Made by a program: the position numbers and the translations under genes. From positions 34,095-98,094 of the forward strand of contig MFNS01000006.1 in NCBI GenBank assembly GCA_001783805.1: DNA of 64,000 bases, read 5' to 3'. Each line of letters begins with the position of its first letter. Positions within the stretch are counted from its first letter, which is position 1. This document shows positions 25,632-34,168 of this stretch, in pieces. The DNA is from Candidatus Levybacteria bacterium RIFCSPHIGHO2_01_FULL_40_16 (GTDB lineage Bacteria; Patescibacteriota; Microgenomatia; Levybacterales; UBA12049). The notes below the pieces were generated by a model. It was not told the DNA's origin. It was given only the letters and a program-made list of their open reading frames with translations, and made no database searches.

Positions 25632-27089
25632 ATGGATGAAAATATGATCTTCAAGCCCATTAATACTGTCCCTCAAGAGGCGGACATTCAGCCTGCCCGC
25701 CAGAGCCTTGCTCAGGCAAGTGCAGGCGGGCCTGAGATTCCGCCAAATAATCCAGTTATTGCACCAGTTCCATCTGAATTACAAAGTAGTCCTCCTCCGT
25801 CAATACTATTTAGGATTTTGAAAATTTTATTGGGAATAGCGATTGTTCTTGGCATTATTTTCTTCGTCTACAATATAATTTTGCCTAAGTTTTTTCCTTC
25901 CAAAATCAATCAGGCAACATTGACATATTGGGGATTGTTCGAAGATGCTTCAGTAATCGCTCCGATTATTGTAGATTTTGAAAAGGAACATCCGAATATT
26001 AAAATAGAGTATACCAAGCAAGACCTGGATCAATATAGGGATAAATTGGTAACCCGTTCTAATAATGGTAATGGTCCGGATATCTTTAGGTTCCACAATA
26101 CTTGGGTTCCTCAGCTTTCAGAGCTACTTTTGCCTCTTCCTCAGAGCGTTATCTCAAAAGAAGATTTTTCTAAAAATTATTATCCGGTCGTTAAGACAGA
26201 TCTCATAAAAAATGGGGCTATTTACGGTGTGCCTTTGCAAATAGACACCCTGAACCTTTTTATAAATAGAGATCTTTTTCAAGCAGCCGGTCTCAAGCCG
26301 CCTGGCACCTGGATAGAATTCGTAAAATACGCGAGACAACTGACTGTCAAGGATGGAAATAACAATATAAAAACAGCCGGAGCCGCAATGGGAACATTCA
26401 GCAATATAACTCATGCTCCCAATATAATCTCAATGCTTTTTGTCCAGAATGGCGTGAATCTCAATGATATATCCTCCAATCTTCCGGCTGCAGCTGAGGC
26501 CTTAAATTTTTACTCCTCCTTTGCCTTGCCCGCAGAGAACGTCTGGGATGATACCCTAGATGAATCAATTAAACTCTTTGCTTCGGGCTCCCTAGCCATG
26601 TATTTTGGTTATTCGGGAGATTTTTTTACAATAAAATCCATGAATCCAAACCTTTCATTTGACATTTATTCGGTACCGAGTTTGCCGGGGCAAAATGCAA
26701 CGATTGCCAGTTACTGGGCTGAGGGAGCATCTGTCAAAAGTAAACATCAAAAGGAAGCACTTCTTTTCCTGCAATATCTTACCCGAAAAGAAACAGCGCA
26801 AAAATTATTCACAGAAGAGTCAAAAACGAGAAATTTCGGTGAGCCATATGCCAGAGTTGATTTAGCAGATAGCTTGAAGGATTCCATTGCTTATCCTTTT
26901 GTCGGAGCAGCGCCCTCTGCGGTTTCTTCTTTCTTTGTTGACGGGACGTTTGACAACGGATTAAATTCCCAGATGAATAACAATTTAAGCAGTGCGGTAG
27001 ATTCTATGCTGAAAGGAACATCCCCGCAAACAGCTGCCGAAACTCTTTCTGCGGGAGTTTCGACAGTCCTAAAGCAATATGCCCAATAA
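25632..27089 (+). CDS. ABC-type sugar-binding protein, membrane anchored
   Basis: DFEKEHPNIKI, GPDIF, IYGVP..IDTL.LF.N.DLF, F.SG.LAM. Confidence 0.85.
   Translation: MDENMIFKPINTVPQEADIQPARQSLAQASAGGPEIPPNNPVIAPVPSELQSSPPPSILFRILKILLGIAIVLGIIFFVYNIILPKFFPSKINQATLTYWGLFEDASVIAPIIVDFEKEHPNIKIEYTKQDLDQYRDKLVTRSNNGNGPDIFRFHNTWVPQLSELLLPLPQSVISKEDFSKNYYPVVKTDLIKNGAIYGVPLQIDTLNLFINRDLFQAAGLKPPGTWIEFVKYARQLTVKDGNNNIKTAGAAMGTFSNITHAPNIISMLFVQNGVNLNDISSNLPAAAEALNFYSSFALPAENVWDDTLDESIKLFASGSLAMYFGYSGDFFTIKSMNPNLSFDIYSVPSLPGQNATIASYWAEGASVKSKHQKEALLFLQYLTRKETAQKLFTEESKTRNFGEPYARVDLADSLKDSIAYPFVGAAPSAVSSFFVDGTFDNGLNSQMNNNLSSAVDSMLKGTSPQTAAETLSAGVSTVLKQYAQ
25691..25731. repeat. GCCCGCC palindromic element inside the CDS
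   Basis: GCCTGCCCGCC...GCAGGCGGGC; related to 37261-37343. Confidence 0.75.
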
Positions 27090-28113
27090 CCTAATTGTCT
27101 GTGGAGGAACATTTGACCATTTTCACAAGGGACACGAAGCATTTTTGAATTATGTTTTTTCTGTTGGCAAAAAATATCTTGTTGGAATAACCAGCGATAA
27201 CTACGTAAAAAATTCAAAATTTAGAATTCAGAATCCAGAATTTATTGAACCTTTTGAAAAAAGAAAAGAATCAGTTTTGGAGTTTGTAAAAAAAGAAAAA
27301 GCTTTAAATAAAGTTGAGATCATTAAAATAGAGGATTTGTTTGGGCCCACTCTTTCTAAAGATCTAGTGATTGATGCAATTGTTGTGTCACAGGATTCAA
27401 AAGATGGAGCAGACATCATTAATCAAAAAAGAAAAGAGCTCAAGTTGGCTGCGCTTAAGGTCTTTGTTGTTCCTCCTGTTAATTCTGAGGACGGAAAGCT
27501 TATTTCGTCCGCGAGAATTAGGAACGGCGAAATAAATAGAGCAGGCAGACTCTATGTAAAACCGGTATGGCTTCAAAAAGATTTAATTCTCCCAAAAGAT
27601 TTAAGAGAAGAGTTTCATAAACCGTTTGGTGGATTATTTAAAGCTATTACAGATTCGAATATTCTCAAAAAGTCTTTGATAATTGCAGTCGGTGACGAAA
27701 CATCCAGAAATCTTAATAAGTTAGCTGTCAATCAAAGGCTCTCTGTGGTAGATTTTAAGGTTGCGCGAAAGAAAAAATTTTCCTCATTCCTAGATCTTGG
27801 TTTCTCAGGAAATGAGAAAGTTGTATTTGCAAATAATCCTGCAGGCCACATGACGCATGATCTTTTCTCAAAAATCTTAGATATTTTTAAATTCAGTTTT
27901 AGCAAGAGGATAATCTTAAAAATAGCAGGAGAAGAAGACCTTGCGGTTTTACCCTTAATCTTGGCAGCGCCTCTGGACACTGTCATTTATTATGGTCAGC
28001 CCCCACTTCGCTCTGCGAGCTACGCGGGGCAGGCAGGCATTATAAAAGTGGTAGTTACAGAACAAAGTAAAGAGCGCGCTTATGATCTAGCCTCAAGACT
28101 AAAGCCTATATAA
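27079..28113 (+). CDS. Archaeal/eukaryote-type phosphopantetheine adenylyltransferase fused to DUF359 (GTP-dependent dephospho-CoA kinase-like)
   Basis: GGTFDHFHKGH, GITSD, DLFGPT, AIVVS, ISSARIR.GEI; then LREEF.KP.G, VGDET, NPAG, GEEDL, YGQP. Confidence 0.88.
   Translation: MPNNLIVCGGTFDHFHKGHEAFLNYVFSVGKKYLVGITSDNYVKNSKFRIQNPEFIEPFEKRKESVLEFVKKEKALNKVEIIKIEDLFGPTLSKDLVIDAIVVSQDSKDGADIINQKRKELKLAALKVFVVPPVNSEDGKLISSARIRNGEINRAGRLYVKPVWLQKDLILPKDLREEFHKPFGGLFKAITDSNILKKSLIIAVGDETSRNLNKLAVNQRLSVVDFKVARKKKFSSFLDLGFSGNEKVVFANNPAGHMTHDLFSKILDIFKFSFSKRIILKIAGEEDLAVLPLILAAPLDTVIYYGQPPLRSASYAGQAGIIKVVVTEQSKERAYDLASRLKPI
27209..27243 (+). repeat. Heptamer array in PPAT domain
   Basis: AAAATTC AAAATTT AGAATTC AGAATCC AGAATTT. 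Confidence 0.85.
27999..28034. repeat. GC-rich palindromic insert in DUF359 domain
   Basis: GCCCCCACTTCGCTCTGCGAGCTACGCGGGGCAGGC; encodes PPLRSASYAGQA after YGQ. Confidence 0.7.
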
Positions 28114-28129
28114 CTAATACTAGAGGTTA

Positions 28130-28158
28130 TTGACAAATATCCCCTAATATTATATATT
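28130..28158 (+). promoter_or_regulatory. Sigma70 promoter of greA
   Basis: TTGACA-17nt-TATATT. Confidence 0.75.
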
Positions 28159-28170
28159 TTTCATGCTAAC

Positions 28171-28204
28171 AATCCCTCGACACTAAAAATTTGAGGGATT
28201 TTTT
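28171..28204 (+). terminator. Intrinsic terminator/attenuator in greA leader
   Basis: AATCCCTCGA/TTGAGGGATT stem followed by a T run. Confidence 0.65.
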
Positions 28205-28218
28205 AAGTATTAAAGGCT

Positions 28219-28689
28219 ATGGATACAAAAAAGATTTACTTAACAAAAGAAGGATTGGCAGAGCTCAAAAAAGAGTACGATGAGATTGTCAATGTAAAAA
28301 GACCGAATGTTTTGGCACGCGTTACTCAAGCCAGAAACATGGGTGATTTGTCGGAAAATGCGGAATATGTTGCCTCCCGCGAAGAACTGACTTTCATAGA
28401 CGGAAGAATAGACGAGTTGGAGATTATTCTTAAGCAAGCAGTGATTATAAGGGATAATGTTAAGGCGGCAAATCATGCGGTAAAGCTAGGATCTACGGTT
28501 ACATTGACCGTTAATGGCAAAAAAGAAATTTTCACAGTTGTTGGAGAGTGGGAAGCGGATCCGGAAAACAAGAAAATCTCGCATGAATCACCGCTTGGGA
28601 AAATGCTAATTGGTAAGAAAGTGGGAGATAAAGTTCAGGTTGAAGCTCCTGCCGGCAAAATCACTTACGCTGTCATCAGCGTAAAATAG
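28219..28689 (+). CDS. greA: Transcription elongation factor GreA
   Basis: YLTKEG, AR.MGDLSENAEY, RI.ELE, IS.ESPLG..L.GK..GD. Confidence 0.97.
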   Translation: MDTKKIYLTKEGLAELKKEYDEIVNVKRPNVLARVTQARNMGDLSENAEYVASREELTFIDGRIDELEIILKQAVIIRDNVKAANHAVKLGSTVTLTVNGKKEIFTVVGEWEADPENKKISHESPLGKMLIGKKVGDKVQVEAPAGKITYAVISVK

Positions 28690-28690
28690 C

Positions 28691-29338
28691 CTAATTAAAT
28701 AGGGATTTAAGTATAGAAAAAGCCTTATTTACATCTTTATCCTCAAGTATCAAAGTGAATTCGGAAGCAGTGGAAACAATCTCAATAATATTTACTCCTT
28801 CCCAAGCAAGGGACTTTAAAAAAAAGTAGAATATTCCAGGAGTAACTACCGATTGATCAGGTAAATTTATTGTAATTGAAGACAGATTGTTGAATTCAGA
28901 AATTGTTTTTTCATGCTTAAGAATCTCTTTTATCTGACTTGCTATGTCATTGCTTGCGATTATTGTCGATTCAGATATTCCCTTTGAGAATGTTAAAAAG
29001 AATTTTTGTCCTCCGTTGAAGCTTAAAATTTGAGAGTATTTAGTTATAAGAGCTTCAGAGTTTATAAGGTTTATCTCGAAAAGATTCGACCTGATTATAA
29101 TAGTTGGTTTAGTTTTAAAAATATTTTTATATTTGGATTGTGGCTTCAAGTTTTTCTGCAGCCTATTAAGAGCCATAATCACGGATGATATATTAATTTC
29201 TTTAAGTAGCATTTCTTCGAGCTCAGGTTTGATGTATCGGGCGAGAGAGGAATTATTAATAAATCCTTTAGACATAGCCTCCGTAAGGTATCTGGATCTT
29301 TTAATTATGGTATTCGTAGCTTCAGGAACAGTAATCAT
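28691..29338 (-). CDS. ACT-like domain protein
   Basis: GFINNSSLARYI, VIMAL.R, TPGI....K.LAWEG.NIIEIVST..E.T. Confidence 0.75.
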   Translation of the reverse strand: MITVPEATNTIIKRSRYLTEAMSKGFINNSSLARYIKPELEEMLLKEINISSVIMALNRLQKNLKPQSKYKNIFKTKPTIIIRSNLFEINLINSEALITKYSQILSFNGGQKFFLTFSKGISESTIIASNDIASQIKEILKHEKTISEFNNLSSITINLPDQSVVTPGIFYFFLKSLAWEGVNIIEIVSTASEFTLILEDKDVNKAFSILKSLFN

Positions 29339-29442
29339 GTTTAAATTTTAACATAATATATAGTTTTTGTGAATATTTTATTAAAATTTGACACAGTAAT
29401 TAACCCTATTATAATTGTTTTGAAAGTTAATTTAATGATATA

Positions 29443-30375
29443 ATGTTAGAAGTGGAAAATACTGCGATGAAAAATGAAGGAAGAAACCCGCATCCTAAAA
29501 GAGATGATTTTCTTGAAAAAAGAATAAGAGGCCTAATAAGTGATCAGGCCTATTCGACGGAAATGGGCAGACGAATGTTTGCAGACGCTCGAAGACTTCA
29601 GGTAGATTATTTTAAAGATAGCTTATTGCATATAGATAATCCTAATTTAATCCACAAAAGCACCCAAAAATTACTGCACGATTTAGCAATAACTACGAAT
29701 GCTCATATAGTTGAAGGAGAAGAAATATTGAAGAAATTGCCTAAAGGCAGACCTATTTTTACAGAAACGAATCATTATAGTGGTTATAAATTAACGGCTA
29801 TAGATCAGTCAGAACTAGGCGTTAATTACCCTGAGATAGATGAGATTTTTCCATTCCCATTTTTCTATGCGCCTATGATTCCAGTAGCCGATGTGTTGGG
29901 GAATTATCTGTACGATGCGCATCTAGTGCTACCGGGAGAACTTAGGAAAATTCAAGAAGGAGCAGGTCTTTTAATTGTTCCGGAAGATGATGGCTCTTTT
30001 AATTCAATAAAGAGAGAAACAGAAAAAATGATTTCTCGACATCCTAATTCCTTGATAGTGATTTTTCCAGAAGGTGGCACATCCGGAAAAAGAAATATGG
30101 GTGGGCCATATGATATGGATCATTTTCATGGAGGATCGTTGGCTATTGCCGAAGCTTTAGGCGTTCCAGTTATTCCTGTTTATCAACGTTTTAATCCATA
30201 CAGTGGATTTGAAATAGGAATTTTAGAACCCGTTGATTTTAGTCATGCACCCAAGACCGAAGATTTGGGAGTAAAAAAAGCTTATTTTGCTGAATTAGCC
30301 GAAACTACCAGAGCAAAAATGCAGCAACATCTTAGTCAGAGAAAGCAATCTGCGGACGTTCCCTCCAATTCCTGA
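29443..30375 (+). CDS. Putative PlsC-like acyltransferase, divergent
   Basis: VEG.E.L, PIF...NH.S, IVIFPEGGTS, G....A....VPVIPV; HX4D aspartate not evident. Confidence 0.65.
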   Translation: MLEVENTAMKNEGRNPHPKRDDFLEKRIRGLISDQAYSTEMGRRMFADARRLQVDYFKDSLLHIDNPNLIHKSTQKLLHDLAITTNAHIVEGEEILKKLPKGRPIFTETNHYSGYKLTAIDQSELGVNYPEIDEIFPFPFFYAPMIPVADVLGNYLYDAHLVLPGELRKIQEGAGLLIVPEDDGSFNSIKRETEKMISRHPNSLIVIFPEGGTSGKRNMGGPYDMDHFHGGSLAIAEALGVPVIPVYQRFNPYSGFEIGILEPVDFSHAPKTEDLGVKKAYFAELAETTRAKMQQHLSQRKQSADVPSNS

Positions 30376-30414
30376 TCTACTGCAATTTTGAGTGACAGCC
30401 TGTATAATATTGAT

Positions 30415-31938
30415 ATGTTTTGGGTGGATAGCGTAGCTGCAGAATTAAAAAAGAGAAAATTATCTCTGGAGTGGGTAGATGATATGAAAACCCCATCCGG
30501 CAGAATCCACGTTGGCGCTCTACGCGGTGTAGTAGTCCATGATTTGGTTTTCAAAGCATTAAAGGAGTTGGGTGTTAAGACAAAATACACTTATATTTTT
30601 GACAATCACGATCCAATGGACTCTCTGCCCGTATATCTTCAAAAAGAAAAATTTGAAAAATATCTGGGAATGCCGCTTTTTAAAATCCCTTCTCCAGCTG
30701 CTGGATTCAGCGACTATGCCCAGTATTATGCAAAAGAATTTATGGAAGTTTTTAATAAAATCGGCTGCCATCCTGAAATTTTATGGTCAACGGATTTATA
30801 TAAAAGCGGAAAAATGAACCCCCTGATAAAAGAATGTTTAGATGAGGCTTCCGAAATAAGAAAAATTTATGAAGATCTTTACAAGAAAAAAATTGACAAA
30901 AAATGGTATCCTTTTCAGCCGTATTGTCCAAATTGCAGTAAGGTTTCGACGACAAAAGTTTATAACTGGGATGGGGAAAAAGTTTCATTTACATGCGAAA
31001 TAGACGCTGTTGTCTGGACAAAAGGATGCGGATTTAAGGGGAAAATGTCACCTTTTAGTAATGAAAAAGGAATTGCAGGCAAGCTTTCCTGGAAAGTGGA
31101 GTGGGCTGCGAAATGGAAAGTTTTAGGCATAACCGTTGAAGGAGCAGGCGAAGATCATATGAGCAAGGGCGGATCGCATGATTTGGCAAGCCTTATCTGC
31201 GAAAGAGTGATTAATTATCCTGTTCCGTACCCTTTGCCTTATGCGTTTTTTTTAATAGGAGGCAGAAAGATGTCTTCTTCGAAAGGCCGCGGGTCGTCCG
31301 CTCCTGAAATGCTTGAAATTTTACCGCCGGAAATCCTGCGCTTCTTAATGGTAAAAACAAAAGTCAGTCAACAGATTAATTTTGATCCCAGCGAAGACAC
31401 TGTACCCAAACTTTTTGATGATTATCAAAAAGCAGCCGAGGCATATTTTGAAAAGAAAGATGAGAACCTAGCAAGGATTTTTAAATTATCGCAAATAGAT
31501 AAAGTAAAAAAACCACCGAGCATTAGATTCTCCGTTTTGGCACAATGGGTGCAAATGCCCAACATGGAAAAAGAAATAAAGAAGGAAAGTCTTGAGGAAT
31601 GGGAGTCTTATGCAAAAATTTGGGTTGAAAAATATGCTCCAAACGAAATTAAATTTTCTATCCAAGAAAAAATACCAGAGGCTTCTAAAAAACTTTCTCA
31701 AAAACAAAAAGAATATTTGCTTAAAGTCTCCTCATTTTTAGATAATAATTGGGACGCAGAGGAATTTCAAAAGAAACTTTATGAATGGGCAAAGGAGATA
31801 AGCTTATCCCCTACAGAAGCATTCCAAGCATTATATGTGTCGCTTATTGGTAAAGATTACGGACCAAAAGCAGCATGGCTAATTTTAAAACATAAAGATT
31901 TTGTAAAAAAACGGTTTCTTGACGCCGCTAATTCATGA
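30415..31938 (+). CDS. lysS: Lysine--tRNA ligase, class I
   Basis: FWVD, TPSGRIHVG, GKL.WKVEWAAKW, E.AG.DH, KMSSSKG, GPK; start moved to 30415. Confidence 0.95.
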   Translation: MFWVDSVAAELKKRKLSLEWVDDMKTPSGRIHVGALRGVVVHDLVFKALKELGVKTKYTYIFDNHDPMDSLPVYLQKEKFEKYLGMPLFKIPSPAAGFSDYAQYYAKEFMEVFNKIGCHPEILWSTDLYKSGKMNPLIKECLDEASEIRKIYEDLYKKKIDKKWYPFQPYCPNCSKVSTTKVYNWDGEKVSFTCEIDAVVWTKGCGFKGKMSPFSNEKGIAGKLSWKVEWAAKWKVLGITVEGAGEDHMSKGGSHDLASLICERVINYPVPYPLPYAFFLIGGRKMSSSKGRGSSAPEMLEILPPEILRFLMVKTKVSQQINFDPSEDTVPKLFDDYQKAAEAYFEKKDENLARIFKLSQIDKVKKPPSIRFSVLAQWVQMPNMEKEIKKESLEEWESYAKIWVEKYAPNEIKFSIQEKIPEASKKLSQKQKEYLLKVSSFLDNNWDAEEFQKKLYEWAKEISLSPTEAFQALYVSLIGKDYGPKAAWLILKHKDFVKKRFLDAANS

Positions 31939-32549
31939 AAAAGCTGCTTGTTGCTACGAGAAATGTTGGAAAATTAAAAGAAATTTCTAATTTTCTTTCA
32001 GACTTATCACTTAAAATTGTTTCACTTGATGATGTTGGGATTATTAAAGATATTGAAGAGAATGGAAAAACTTATGAAGAGAATTCTCAAAAGAAAGCCT
32101 TATTTTTTGCTAAGATTTCCAAATTGCCAACAATTGCGGATGATGGCGGAATAGAAATTTCAGCATTAGGCGGCGCGCCAGGAATAAAAAGCAAAAGATG
32201 GTTGGGAAAAGACTCAACAGATCAGGATATCATCAATCACATGACAAAAGTTGCAAAAGAATTACCCGACGACATTAAGGAAGCAAAGTTTAAAACCGTG
32301 ATCAGTTTAGCACTGCCAAATGGCAAAGTTTGGAGCGTTAACGGAGAAGTCAAGGGGATTATTGCCCAAAAACCATATTTAAGAGCGCTCAAGGGCTACC
32401 CTTATCGGTCTTTTTTCTATTTACCCAAAATAAAAAAGTATTACCATGAAGATCAATTGACCCAGGAGGAGGAAAAAGAATATAATCATAGATATAAGGC
32501 AGTTCAAAAATTAAAACCAATCCTTAGGAATGTATTAAGTATTATGTAG
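31935..32549 (+). CDS. rdgB: Non-canonical purine NTP pyrophosphatase (Ham1/RdgB)
   Basis: ATRN.GKLKE, EENG.TY.EN...KA, ADDGG..I.ALGGAPG, NHR..A. Confidence 0.9.
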   Translation: MKKLLVATRNVGKLKEISNFLSDLSLKIVSLDDVGIIKDIEENGKTYEENSQKKALFFAKISKLPTIADDGGIEISALGGAPGIKSKRWLGKDSTDQDIINHMTKVAKELPDDIKEAKFKTVISLALPNGKVWSVNGEVKGIIAQKPYLRALKGYPYRSFFYLPKIKKYYHEDQLTQEEEKEYNHRYKAVQKLKPILRNVLSIM

Positions 32550-32564
32550 CAAGTATTAAGCATG
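32530..32564 (+). repeat. Heptamer array spanning rdgB stop and serS start
   Basis: ATGTATT AAGTATT ATGTAGC AAGTATT AAGCATG. Confidence 0.8.
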
Positions 32565-33857
32565 ATAGATTTAAACTTTTTAAGAAATAATCCGCAATTA
32601 ATTCAAAAGGCAGCGCTTGATAAAAATATTGACATTAACATTAATCATATTTTGGAAATAGATAAAAAGTACAAAGAATTGTCAATTTCCGTTCAGAAAC
32701 TCCGGGAGGAAAGGAATGTGCTAACGGAAAAAATTAAAAGAGATCCCAAGCAATTTGATAGAAAAGGCGCACAGAGCTTAAAGCAAAAATTAGAGAAAGA
32801 AGAAAAAGCACTTTCTGCAGTTTGGGAAGAATTAAAAATAGAATTACTTAAAATTCCAAATGTCCCAGCAGTAAATACGCCCATTGGTCCCAATAGTAAA
32901 TTCGATAAAGAAATTCGTAGGTGGGGAAAAATACCAAAATTTGATTTTCCAATAAAAAATCATATAGAAATTGGAAAGAATTTAGATATCTTAGATTTTG
33001 TTGCTGGGGCTAAAGTTTCCGGTTTTCGCGGTTATTATTTAAAAAACGAGGGGGCTTTATTACATTGGGCAGTTCTAAATTTTGCCTTTGCGAAAATGAT
33101 CTCACATGGATTTACCCCCATGGTTCCTCCGACCTTAATTCACGAATTCGTTTTGGTGGGAAGCGGTCATTTTCCATTTGGCAAACGAGATATTTATCAG
33201 ATTGCCAATCCCGGGAAATTAGAAAGCGGTGAGGAAATTAAAAACCCTATTTATTTAGGTGGAACTTCCGAACCTGCACTTCTGGCTTATTTTGCAGATA
33301 AAATTTTAACAGAAAAAGAATTACCTATTAAGATTTGTGCCCTTACCCAATGTTATCGGTCTGAGGTTGGGGATTACGGTAAAGATGTTAAAGGCTTATA
33401 TCGTATACACGAATTTACTAAAGTTGAACAAGTCGTAATTTGCAGGAATGATTTGAAAGAGTCAGAAAAACTACACCAGGAAATGCAGTCTATTTCGGAA
33501 GAGATTTTGCAAGAATTAGATCTTTCTTATCATGTTGTGCAAAATTCAACCGGAGATATGGGTGCAGGTAAATATAAAATGTTTGATATTGAAACTTGGA
33601 TGCCTGCACGAAATAATTACGGAGAAACTCATTCAAATTCTAATTTAACTGATTGGCAAGCACGCAGACTTAATATGAAATTTAAAGATCGAAAAGGAAT
33701 TGTTAATTATTGTTATACTTTAAACAATACAGTTATTGCTTCTCCAAGAATATTGATTGCAATCTTGGAAAATTATCAAAAGGCCGACGGAAGTGTTTTA
33801 ATTCCAAAAATTTTACAAAAATATTTAAACATAGAAAAAATAACTCCAAGTAAATAA
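32562..33857 (+). CDS. serS: Serine--tRNA ligase
   Basis: IPN, GAKVSG, GTSE, CYRSE.G, GLYRIHEF.KVEQ, DIE.W.P, TLNNT..A.PR. Confidence 0.97.
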   Translation: MIDLNFLRNNPQLIQKAALDKNIDININHILEIDKKYKELSISVQKLREERNVLTEKIKRDPKQFDRKGAQSLKQKLEKEEKALSAVWEELKIELLKIPNVPAVNTPIGPNSKFDKEIRRWGKIPKFDFPIKNHIEIGKNLDILDFVAGAKVSGFRGYYLKNEGALLHWAVLNFAFAKMISHGFTPMVPPTLIHEFVLVGSGHFPFGKRDIYQIANPGKLESGEEIKNPIYLGGTSEPALLAYFADKILTEKELPIKICALTQCYRSEVGDYGKDVKGLYRIHEFTKVEQVVICRNDLKESEKLHQEMQSISEEILQELDLSYHVVQNSTGDMGAGKYKMFDIETWMPARNNYGETHSNSNLTDWQARRLNMKFKDRKGIVNYCYTLNNTVIASPRILIAILENYQKADGSVLIPKILQKYLNIEKITPSK

Positions 33858-34020
33858 ATTTTCAATTTTTAATTGAAAAATGTTATTTTTTTGCCATCAT
33901 TTTTTTTGCTTGATTAACGCCCCAAACATTTATTTTTGAAGCAGAGCATTTTACTTGACAAATAAAAAAAAATTACTCAGGATAATAATTAGTATTTATA
34001 AAAAAGGAGGTGAATTCACA

Positions 34021-34071
34021 ATGGCAAGAAAAAAAGCAAAGAGAAAGAAGAGAAAGAAGAGAAAGAAGTAA
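34021..34071 (+). CDS. 16-aa Lys/Arg-rich microprotein MARKKAKRKKRKKRKK
   Basis: SD AAGGAGGTGA 7 nt before ATG, TTGACA at 33955, terminator at 34112. Confidence 0.7.
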   Translation: MARKKAKRKKRKKRKK

Positions 34072-34111
34072 TTGGTAAGCAATTTGGAGTATTACCAATT
34101 GATCAGTTGGT

Positions 34112-34149
34112 ATCCCCTCTTTCTTAAAGAAAGAGGGGATTTTCTTTTT
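34112..34149 (+). terminator. Intrinsic terminator after microprotein
   Basis: ATCCCCTCTTTCT/AGAAAGAGGGGAT 13-bp stem then TTTCTTTTT. Confidence 0.8.
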
Positions 34150-34168
34150 GTTGTGATAAAATAAGTAT

